Under the pieces are notes generated by a model. It did not search any database, was not told the origin of the DNA, and saw nothing but the letters and a program-made list of their open reading frames with translations. A stretch of DNA of 64,000 nt, from positions 8,928,001 through 8,992,000 of the forward strand of contig JBHGNT010000015.1 in NCBI GenBank assembly GCA_043228905.1, in the 5' to 3' direction. This stretch comes from Azolla caroliniana (lineage: Eukaryota > Plantae > Polypodiophyta). Shown piece by piece: positions 37,801 to 46,019 of the stretch. Within the stretch, counting starts at the first letter, position 1. Every line of letters starts with the position of its first letter. The position numbers were made by a program, and so were the translations under genes.

Positions 37801-38144
37801 GCAAGGACGAATCAAAGCCGGTACACATCGCCAAAGAAATGAAGCCGGAAGATAAAGCGGCGATGATCAAACTTCTCACGGAGTTTCGCGACGTATTCGC
37901 CTGGTCATACAAAGACATGCGAGGGCTGGACCCTCAATTATATCAGCATCAGATCCACTTAGGCAAGGATGCGAAACCAGTGGCGCAAAGACGTTACGGA
38001 ATGAACCCCAACTACGCCGCCAAAGTGAAGGAGGAAATCGACAAACTCCTAAGAGTGGGCTTCATCCGGCCGGTAAAGAAAGCGACGTGGCTGACCCCAT
38101 CGTTGTCGTCCCAAAGAAGAACGGTAAAATCCGCGTGTGTGTAG
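34872..38144 (+). CDS. A2 Gag-protease (start of a gag-pol polyprotein)
   Basis: 1090 aa; three CCHC-type knuckles, PR VIDGGSGVN and LLLGRPWL, start of RT. Confidence 0.9.
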   Translation: MTRPTHDLVTDRARRLAERQRRRETFQQAAHEIRSDRSFSNEIRRVAEESLWLQQTRDQDDGSSLSSLRETERLLEALANRENEAEAFSAYESDSEGGYSVHTNYRSSNDTPGGPEDDGSDTVPTPEPEPLDQGYPEPQTEAVNPPTPEVEEAKPPTPTKEPAMVPEDEPVKEPEKEPEEEPEKAPAKQQEVEPERKPERYQQTPLNRGLILDDDMPFQYSKYCDDPDAEAHVHAFEQTWEANHTSQRMTPEEEERSKIAEFGVTLEGPATRWRRTQDPATITTFAELKAKFLHFFHKEVDQTTMVGLFYTIRQEAGESIPQFVIRFQRMHSQLARAPPEEELRTIFLNALREPLRTVCTVIDFRGSTIDQVIDRVREMEKSSSWLTLGALQRVLPTEVDLWFRQAIQCTICLNAGHSAVECTMRTQCVICQSKSHTTDRCEYNLLNRQAPPVRRIEPRSSRDEDEDRWQRMNRYRPAQDVRYGDRQENDGRYRDRHDNYDQYERSDRYRESNRRHEQYDRDHSPGYRRHQEDYGRFYDPPRQDYRNKNKNNKKRNFKKGGHTRDPEQGTPRSQPAQNAPLTTGPTPATSNAKSSNTRKEYCYYCKQEGHYSNQCPAKSYDKRPAVNMVVPEVADLQQVTTRSKGMAKEWETPEAIRKQATEWVKEANERNVADAERQKANTIGSAGGSHAENETWQALQECQITLPLGRLLQLVPRFTEGLKTVMTDGIAPPAPVLFSNPEEGPTVVDTSSPVITAIVKGHELPGTVIDGGSGVNVISLRTCDALGIHEWEPCPFWLRMADTSSVRPTGLIRKLEVTIGGHTFHISAVVLQLQAQGAYPLLLGRPWLKTAHIKQNWRKNMITFRRGKAKVQVPTQPRTSNGKECTPLYAECVNMLEGLADDEEAQYLEEHPKIVPLFEIDVAEAVAPYLPQRDETEAEPDKDSIRELRQAQEALEREMAVSQWVKTSQLDEVNLGSKDESKPVHIAKEMKPEDKAAMIKLLTEFRDVFAWSYKDMRGLDPQLYQHQIHLGKDAKPVAQRRYGMNPNYAAKVKEEIDKLLRVGFIRPVKKATWLTPSLSSQRRTVKSACV

Positions 38145-40741
38145 ATTACAGGAAACTAAATGCAGCCACAATTACGGATGCATTCCCTCTTCCGTTCACG
38201 GATGGAGTACTGGATGCCGTCGCCGGCCATGAAGTTTATAGTTTTTTAGACGGGTTCAGCGGATACAATCAAATCCGGATGCACCCTGACGACCAGGAGA
38301 AGACAGCGTTCGTCACCGAATGGGGGGTGTTTGTGGCCGAAGTAATGATGTTCGGCCTAAAAACGGCACCAACAACTTTCCAGCGAATCATCATGGAGAT
38401 CTTCGGCGAATACATTCCTGCCTTCATGCAGGTTTTCCTGGATGATTTTGCAGTCTATAGCCGGGGAAAAGACCATTTGCGGCACCTACGGTTATGCCTT
38501 GAAAAGTGTAGGTTATACCGGCTAAGCTTAAACCCAGCAAAATGCATCTTTGGGGTTTCAAGTGGAATCTTACTGGGACACATTGTAAGTAAGGAGGGCA
38601 TTGCGGTCGACCCGGACAAAGTAAACGCGATACTAGGGGCACCGGCGCCGAAAACGGCCAAAGCACTAAGCCGATTCTTAGGACAGATCCGGTGGCACAG
38701 CCGGATGCTCCGTCACTTGGCTGACTTGGCTACACCATTACACACCGCGGTACATCGGACACCGTTCCAATGGACGGATACGGAGGATAAGGCATACAAT
38801 GCCCTGAAGGTACTTTTGTCGCAAGCACCCGTCGTGCAGCCTCCGGATTGGAGCAAGGAATTTCATGTGTTCGTTGACGCTTCCGACATCGCTATCGGCA
38901 GCGCCTTAATGCAACTTACGGAGCCTAAATGGTACCGGCCGGTATATTACGCCAGCCGGAACCTATCCCAAGCGGAGAAGAACTATTCAACGACGGAACG
39001 GGAGGCCCTGGGCATGATCTACAGTGTAACAAAGTTTCGTCATTACCTATTGGGAAGGAAGTTCTCCTTTCATGTGGATCACTCGGCGCTCCTGTACTTA
39101 GTGTCCAAGGCGTCCTTGACCGGTAAGTTGGCCCGATGGACCTTGCTGTTGCAGGAGTTCGAATTCGAGATCTTTCACCGGCCCGGTATCCAGCATGCCG
39201 TAGCAGACTACCTGAGCCAGTTAGAGTCCGGAGAATCAGGCGACGGAGTATCGGATGAATTCCTGGACGCAGAGTTATTCCGTATCACCCCGGAAACGGC
39301 AGCGGACGACACGGTGGCATCAGAAGATAGGTGGCTGACAAACATGCACCAGTTCCTAAGCACGGGCCTGCCACCGGAGGAAATGAACCGGGACGAGAGG
39401 AAACGACTGGCGGTGCAGAGCCGCAATTTCTGTCTGTTACGGGACACTCTCTACCACAAAGGAGCAGATGGAATATGGAGACGGGCAGTCCGTAGTGACG
39501 AGAAACAAGTAATCTTACGGGAAGCACACTGTGGGGTTGCCGGAGGACACTATGCCGGGGAAGCGACGGCAAGGAAAGTATGGCAGAGCGGCTTATGGTG
39601 GCCCACGACGTTAAAAGACGCCGTCAAGTATGCTAAGGAATGTGACCTATGCCAACGAATGGGCCAGCCTACGGAGCAAGCACGGATGACACACCAACCG
39701 GTACTTCCACTAGAGCCATTCCAGAAGTGGGGGTTGGATTTTGTCGGACCGTTCAAGCCACCGGCAATGAGAACGGGTAATCGTTATGTCATCGTGGCAA
39801 CAGATTATTGCACTAAATGGGTGGAGGCTAAGCCCTTGAAAGACAACACCGCGTCATCCACAGCAAAATTCCTATACGAGAACATTTGGTGCCGATATGG
39901 ATGTCCGATTGAATTAATCAGCGACCAAGGAGGGCACTTCCTTGGCCAGGTAGTTGAAAGCTTAACAACGTTCTATGCCGTGGTCCATAAACGGAGCACA
40001 CCGTACTACCCACAAGCGAACGGGTTAGCAGAGTCAACCAACAAAACGCTCCAGAACATTCTCCGCAAAATCGTCAATGAAAACCGGACGGACTGGGATA
40101 CAAAGCTCCATAGCGCGCTATGGGCGTACCGAACGGCATACAAAACAAGTATCCGGACAACGCCGTTCCGGTTAGCGTTCGGCTTAGAGGCGGTCATGCC
40201 GGTGGAGTTTCAGGTACCAAGCTTACGGATCCAACTACGGGAACGGCTCAATGAAAAGGAGTCGGAGGAAATGCGGCTAACAGCACTATGCGAACTGGAG
40301 GAGCAACGGCTGGCCAGCATCCTACACATGGAACTGGAGCAACGACGACGGAAAGCGTTCGTTGACCGTCACCGGAAAGGTAATGAAAAGATGTTCGAAA
40401 TCGGAAAGCCGGTGCTAGTATTCCAAACAAGGATGGGCAAGATGCCGGGTAAACTCCGGTTCAGATGGACAGGCCCGTATTGGCTGACACGGGAATACAA
40501 CGGGTCCTATCAGTTAGGGACACTTGCCGGTGAAGTGCTAGGCAAGTGGGTCAACGGATTTAGACTAAAGCCCTATAAAGGACCGATGCCAAGTAACCCG
40601 TTTATGCAGCCCACCGGCACTATACCGGGAACGGTACGGATGGAAGAAAAAGACGACGGGGAACCCATAGCAGAGGCGAAGGAAGACACGGCAACCCGTA
40701 AGGAAAACGGTAAGGGTCCGAAGGGACCTACGGATGTGTAA
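38087..40741 (+). CDS. A2 reverse transcriptase-RNase H-integrase
   Basis: 884 aa; [32 protein letters not shown]; no chromodomain or second RNase H. Confidence 0.92.
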   Translation: MADPIVVVPKKNGKIRVCVDYRKLNAATITDAFPLPFTDGVLDAVAGHEVYSFLDGFSGYNQIRMHPDDQEKTAFVTEWGVFVAEVMMFGLKTAPTTFQRIIMEIFGEYIPAFMQVFLDDFAVYSRGKDHLRHLRLCLEKCRLYRLSLNPAKCIFGVSSGILLGHIVSKEGIAVDPDKVNAILGAPAPKTAKALSRFLGQIRWHSRMLRHLADLATPLHTAVHRTPFQWTDTEDKAYNALKVLLSQAPVVQPPDWSKEFHVFVDASDIAIGSALMQLTEPKWYRPVYYASRNLSQAEKNYSTTEREALGMIYSVTKFRHYLLGRKFSFHVDHSALLYLVSKASLTGKLARWTLLLQEFEFEIFHRPGIQHAVADYLSQLESGESGDGVSDEFLDAELFRITPETAADDTVASEDRWLTNMHQFLSTGLPPEEMNRDERKRLAVQSRNFCLLRDTLYHKGADGIWRRAVRSDEKQVILREAHCGVAGGHYAGEATARKVWQSGLWWPTTLKDAVKYAKECDLCQRMGQPTEQARMTHQPVLPLEPFQKWGLDFVGPFKPPAMRTGNRYVIVATDYCTKWVEAKPLKDNTASSTAKFLYENIWCRYGCPIELISDQGGHFLGQVVESLTTFYAVVHKRSTPYYPQANGLAESTNKTLQNILRKIVNENRTDWDTKLHSALWAYRTAYKTSIRTTPFRLAFGLEAVMPVEFQVPSLRIQLRERLNEKESEEMRLTALCELEEQRLASILHMELEQRRRKAFVDRHRKGNEKMFEIGKPVLVFQTRMGKMPGKLRFRWTGPYWLTREYNGSYQLGTLAGEVLGKWVNGFRLKPYKGPMPSNPFMQPTGTIPGTVRMEEKDDGEPIAEAKEDTATRKENGKGPKGPTDV

Positions 40742-40816
40742 GATCACATACCGTCATTAAAAAAAAAAAGAAAAAAAAAAAAGAAGAAATCATTAAAAAT
40801 TGAGGTATGAACGGAC

Positions 40817-43800
40817 GTGAAAGCAAGGAGCGAAAAGGTACGTAGTGGGCATTTAAGAGCCGCCACATTACTTAATACTAAATTGGTACACGACGTGCGC
40901 ATGCTCGGAAAAGGCGCCAAGACGCACAGAGAAAAAGAAGAACGCATGGAGACCTTTTTCTTTCGCGAGCCAAGAAGCACAGAAGCACCAAGGCAGTGGA
41001 AGCTTAGCAAACGCGAACCTGCACTCAGAGAACCCCCACGTTCGGAACGCTCTCTCTCTCGCTCTCACTCTCATCACCACTCTACCTCGCCATCTTTCCT
41101 CGACCTCGAAGCAGACATGGAACCACAAACGCTGTCGGAAGCGGCCAGGAAATGGTTCAGGCAACACGGACTGGATGGGTTCTTGACCATCATGGAGGCA
41201 CCACCGCACAAAGAAGCCGACCGGGTCATCAAGGAGCTCGACATGGAAGTCATCACCGAGGAAGCGATCCGTGCGCTAACAGGCCTTCCGGAGGGAGGTA
41301 TTTTTCAGATTGATAACCCAACCTCGGAGCAACTCATCCGATATTTCGGTGAGTACTCTGTTGCCAGCAAAGGCTATCGAACGCAGGGCGGCGAAGATCC
41401 GCTATTCAGGGAGATAGCTCGAGTGCTCCATGAGTACGGCCACGTATACCCCCGACCCCCTGTCATGCCAAAAAATCGGGCAGGGATGATCATAGCCACC
41501 TATGAAGGGATCAAGGTGGATTGGCCGGTGTTGATTGCAGACGGTTTGTGCGCGGCAATCGACATGGTACGAGGGAAGGACGGCAAGGAGGGCCGGAAGC
41601 TGTGGCATGCCGTAGCTCAGTGGATAACATTGCTCGTGCCGCCGGTCGAGACCGTTCAGCCAAAGAAGCGGCCAAGATTATCGGAAGGAAGCACTTCGAA
41701 ACCCGCGTCCAAACGGCAGCAGCTGCTGGCGTCAAAGGCGACGAAAGGGAAGAGACGGCTCCCAGAACCGGAGGAGGTGTCACCGGTGGGACCCGTTAAG
41801 ATAACCATACGGTGACCGGGACAGAAGGAACCGGAACCCTTGAGCACACAGAAACATGCCGTTACCCAGGAAGAGGAAACGGAGGAGCCAGAAGAGCACC
41901 TCCAACGACGGTCAAGAAGTAGGACCGCCGGGACAACGGGGGAGCGTTCGGACCCGCAAAAGGAAGAAACACCCCCAACATAACCTGAGCAAACCACAAG
42001 GGAGGAACCGGAACCGGTGCGTATAGAACCGGCCTTGTCGACTTCTATACCAGAAGTCATTCCAACGGCTCCGGAGACGGCGAGAACCGGAACTCAACAG
42101 CCGGCGAGCCCAGCCAGCACACACGGCGGCCAAGGAGTAGAACCAGAACGGCAGATACAGGCACTCAGGCCAGACAATTCCACAGTGAACGAGCCGACTC
42201 GACCAGTACAGCAGCAAGGCACCAGTAGCATGTGGCTACGGTGGGTAGGCGAGCAGATCGCCGGAGCGGTCGAGTACATAGAGGCGGAGGAGAGAGCGCA
42301 CCACGAACGGTTGCTCGTCACAACCGTAGATCTAGAGACGGCCCGGTCCAGAATCCGGAGCCTTGAACAAGACTTGGACAGGGTCACAAGGGAAATGGCT
42401 CAATTGGCTTTGACAACACAAGTCCAAGCACCGGTGACTCCGGGCAATGTACAGACTAAAGCGTCAGATCAACCTGTACATAGCAATCAGACCCCGGCAA
42501 CGGAAACCGTTCCGGAGAGAAATGCGGCACAAGCCCAAGAGCTTGCGGACTTAAAGGATGAGCTAGCTGCCCAAGAAGCGCTGAGGAGCCGCGAAAGAGA
42601 GTTGAAGACGGCAGCGGAGGCAGAACTCAAAAAGACTGCTGAGAATCTACGCCGGGCCGAGGAGAGCTTACGAAAAGGCCACCAAGCATACGACCGGCTC
42701 AAGGAGGAAAAGGAGAAAATGCTGCAAGAGAAGGACAGGCTCCGGAGAAACGCCGAAACAGAAGTAGAGCGCCTGAAAGAGGAACTCCGGCAGCTAAAGG
42801 ACCGGGAGGACCGGAACCATCGCCAGATCAACGGCAAGCTCAAACAAAAGACGGAGGAATTTGAGCACTTGCACCGGGAGTATAAACGGTTGCAAACGGA
42901 GCACAAGGAACGGACGGATGAGCTCCGGCAAGCAGTTGATCGGACCGCAACGGCATACGCTAATGAACAAGCGGAAACCAGAAGACGGTTGGAAGAGGTG
43001 GAGAAGGTTCGAACAGAGCTCCTCAGGCAACAGCAGGCGGAAAAAGAAAGAGCGGCGGAGGTACTGCAAAGGCTGCAGACAACATATCAAGGGCAGCTGA
43101 CGCGCTACAGAGAGCAGGCGGAGGATACGGCTAATCTCATCAAGCAGTTGAAGGAGGAACGACAAGTTGTGGAAAGTAGAGCGCAAATGGGAGCAAGTCG
43201 CATCCAGGATATCATGCGGGCCTGGTTGAACTAGACCAAGAGCTTGATTGACAACGGTTCCGTCAAATGGTGGACCAAGTGGGCCACGAACGCGGCGGAA
43301 CTCCAATTGCTCCGGGCCGACGTAGAGAACCGGCGGAAGGAGGGAGATGATTGCTATATGCTGACTTCCGAAGACTTCACCGGCATAAGAGATGAGCTGG
43401 TCGAAGACTTTCAAGCCTTGGCAGAGGACCAACTAGGGCAAGTCCGGCAACTTGTAGCTCAGCTGGACGACGACAGGCTGGAGGCGCAGATCCAGTTTGA
43501 AAGCTACGAGAGGTCCCGGATCCGGGAAGAGAAAGCACGAGAACCAGTAACGGTCAACCTCAGTGATGAGGAACCGTTACTGGAAGGAGACCGGACCGGA
43601 AGCAGTCAAACGGAGATGCCGGAGTCAGAAAAACAAACGGAGCAGCCGCCTATAGAGCAGCCGGAGCAGTCTCAGTCACAACCACAACCACAGCAGCAGC
43701 AGCAAGCAGAGCAGCCGGAGCAGCCTCAGTCCCAACCGCAACCATAGCAGCAGCAGCAAGCACAGCAGCAGCAAGCACAGCCGCAGCAACCACAACCGGA

Positions 43801-43855
43801 AGAACAAGGGGAAACTCTGGAACAAAGTATTTTGGACAATTTGGGTGAACAATGA
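40817..43855 (+). pseudogene. A2 extra ORF, ~1000 codons: globular N-domain, disordered linker, long coiled coil, Q/P tail
   Basis: ORFs 40817-41815, 42017-43234 and 43244-43747 are in one frame, broken only by stops at 41813, 41981, 43232 and 43745. Confidence 0.88.
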
Positions 43856-43867
43856 AGGGGCCGAGAA

Positions 43868-43905
43868 GGGTTCGACGTACAAGGTACTGTCCCACGGGCG
43901 TGCCA
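43868..43905 (+). other. tRNA-Arg(UCU) 3'-end mimic (antisense PBS) at the PPT position
   Basis: GGGTTCGA-CGTACAAGGTACT-GTCCCACGGGCGTGCCA ends 2 nt before the 3' LTR. Confidence 0.8.
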
Positions 43906-43907
43906 TG

Positions 43908-44269
43908 TGTTACCGGCCGGCAAGGAGTCCAAAATACGGAGTGAAGGAATTAATTAAGTATGGTTGTAAATAAGCATAGTGTGGACGGACGGACTGGAAA
44001 CGGTATGTCGTTCCAGATCCGGACGGATCCCGAATAGGTGCGATAGGCACCGTTTTGTACTACGGGCCGGAAACCTATTTAAAGGCCCGGACCCCATTGT
44101 AATCGCAGCGGATAATTAATAGAGCATATGGTGTTTATACTTCTGTGTTGATTTCCGTTCTGTAATTACTGTTATATCTTACGCGTGTAATTAACAAAAG
44201 CGCTCTAATCGTGTAACCTACGTAAGTCGGTGTAATCGTTGAATCTTAATCCTATGCCGTAATCACCCT
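43908..44269 (+). repeat. 3' LTR of A2, lacking the last ~57 bp
   Basis: matches the 5' LTR up to AATCACCCT. Confidence 0.93.
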
Positions 44270-44406
44270 ATCGCACCTATTCGGGATCCGTCCGGATCTG
44301 GAACGGCATACCGTTTCCAGTCCGTCCGTCCACACTATGCTTATTTACAACCATACTTAATTAATTCCTTCACTCCGTATTTTGGACTCCTTGCCGGCCG
44401 GTAACA
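44267..44406 (-). repeat. inverted 140-bp copy of the A2 LTR start, forming the right terminus
   Basis: reverse complement of 43908-44047; followed directly by the TSD. Confidence 0.93.
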
Positions 44407-44836
44407 TTAATCGGCTATCTAGACGAGTAGAAGGGGTATAATGTTTTAACCCCTGAACAAAGGAAGTACGCATAAGTCGAGATCTCGTGTTCGACGACTC
44501 CGCTTCGTGGTACCTGCCTTCACCTCCAATACCTCATGACTCCATTCCGAAATTTGAGGAAGAAGTCAGCGAGGCTGAGATTCCTCTGCATGATGAGGAA
44601 ATCGGAGCTCTAAGAGAGAGTCTGATCTCATTACGGCTAAGTGGACTGAATGACGGGTTGGGCCAAAATGGCCAACCTATTGAAGAGACGGTACAGTGAG
44701 TAGTGGTGACTCAGCCGTGATGTCCCTAGGTAAAGAACCAAGGAGACGGTTTACGCCCAAGGAGAAGGCCAAGAAGAAAATGCCAGAATACGACTTCAGT
44801 AGTGCCGAGTCAGATCGGAGCGAGTCTAACTACGAG

Positions 44837-45192
44837 CACATGTAACACTTCAACCACTTTCCTTTGCATGTAACCGATAGATCTTCTATTTTGGGTATGA
44901 AGATGCTTGATTCTATCCACGACCCCTTGTAGACATTTGTAGCACATCGAGCAAGCTTTCCAAAGAATGTTTATTTATTGAAATCCAACATTCCCTTGAA
45001 ATATTACGACCAAAACATTGACTGCCTAATGTAAAGGCACTCTTTGATTATGTCACATCAATTCATCTTGATTCTTCACATCTACCTTCGACTAAAGCAT
45101 CCACCATCATGCCTAAAGTGTCATAACTAGCTTGTGTCCATATTTTACTATCTTTCAACCACATTGTTGAGCATAGTATTTACAACACAACA
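44837..45192 (-). repeat. partial 5' LTR (outer part) of gypsy D
   Basis: close direct repeat of 19776-20133. Confidence 0.88.
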
Positions 45193-46019
45193 ACGGCAAC
45201 TGGAGTTATATCGAAGGAGCTAATGATGTGGCACCCAATTTGACACATAGAGATTTTTCGGCTTGCGAACAAGCGGCAAGCAGAGTTGTCTACTGCTTTG
45301 CATCCTATGTGAGTGACCAACTATTGAGCTATATTTGGGATGCTAAGACGCCAAACGACGCGTGGGTGAATCTAAAAAAGATTGTCGCCGCAAGCACAAT
45401 GGCCATGAAGACGCAGCTCAGGTAGGAGCTCAACGATGTCCGGCAGAAAGATCTGTCTGTGCTTGATTACACGGTCCGAATCAAGGAAATCTGCGATTCT
45501 CTCGCCTCCATCAATGTGAACGTTGAGGAAGATGAAATGGTGCAGGTTTGCCTTGGTGGGCTAGCGTCTAGGTTCGGAGCCTTCCGAATGGAGATTTGTA
45601 TGAGGCAGAACACTCCTTCGTTCATTGGGCTTCAGTCAATGTTGCTCATGCAGGAAAATCACGCAGGTGCGTCAACAAATACGCACGCCGACGACAAGAT
45701 GCTGTACACGGAGGAAGATAGGCCCCGTGCTCGTGGTGTATGAGGCAGATCGGTGCGCAATGGAGGCAACCGACAAGAGCAAAACAAGCGGCATAATCGA
45801 AATGTCGACAATAGTTCCAGACCCTCCACAAGCAGGGGGAGTCATGGCGGCGCCAGAAGCCGGCAAGAGAAGGCCATGTTGGAATGTTGGTACTGTGGCA
45901 AAAAAGGCCACAAGGAGAGTGAGTGTTGGAAAAAGAGAGTCGATTCGGACAAAGCTGAAGAGACGTAGAGAGGCGTCAGAGATCGCACTACGCAGAAGGC
46001 TCTGAACAAGTCGAAAACT

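Larger units (their letters stand above)
34400..44406 (+). mobile_element. Ty3/gypsy family A, near-intact copy A2 with eORF and inverted right terminus
   Basis: TSD TTAAT (34395-34399 and 44407-44411); LTRs differ at about 3 sites by eye; complete gag-pol and eORF. Confidence 0.96.
25545..44836 (+). mobile_element. LTR-less copia group E segment (gag-PR-INT) hosting B1 and A2
   Basis: pieces 25545-26579, 33416-34399 and 44407-44836 join as continuous copia coding sequence (LMNVLHVP across B1; KCILIGY across A2). Confidence 0.85.
19274..45192 (-). mobile_element. Ty3/gypsy family D (Tat-like, extra RNase H), outer span including nested inserts
   Basis: 3' LTR 19274-20133, PPT ~20134-20147, partial 5' LTR 44837-45192, ACGG flanking both ends. 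Confidence 0.8.
18642..46019 (+). mobile_element. copia group E copy b: LTR 18642-19061, PBS, gag split by gypsy D (18642-19273 plus 45193-46019); 3' part lost
   Basis: PBS TGGTATCAAAGC 19062-19073; gag ..HQYLLGHG stops at 19273 and resumes as ..WSYIEG after 45196; ACGG present at both junctions. Confidence 0.8.

Noticed and set aside
38085-38105. Frame change between A2 gag-PR and RT as a programmed frameshift
   Set aside because: It falls inside the conserved WLSPIVVV motif, which A1 reads in one frame; a 1-nt deletion explains it.
42017-43234. Host myosin/SMC-like gene or env gene
   Set aside because: It lies at the same position inside four retroelement copies, with no visible introns, signal peptide or transmembrane helix.
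43868-43905. Functional tRNA gene
   Set aside because: Only the 3' third is present, with encoded CCA and an insert; no D-arm or anticodon arm.
34400-44406. DIRS-type or DNA transposon because of inverted termini
   Set aside because: It encodes a DDE integrase and protease, no tyrosine recombinase or transposase, and has a 5-bp TSD.
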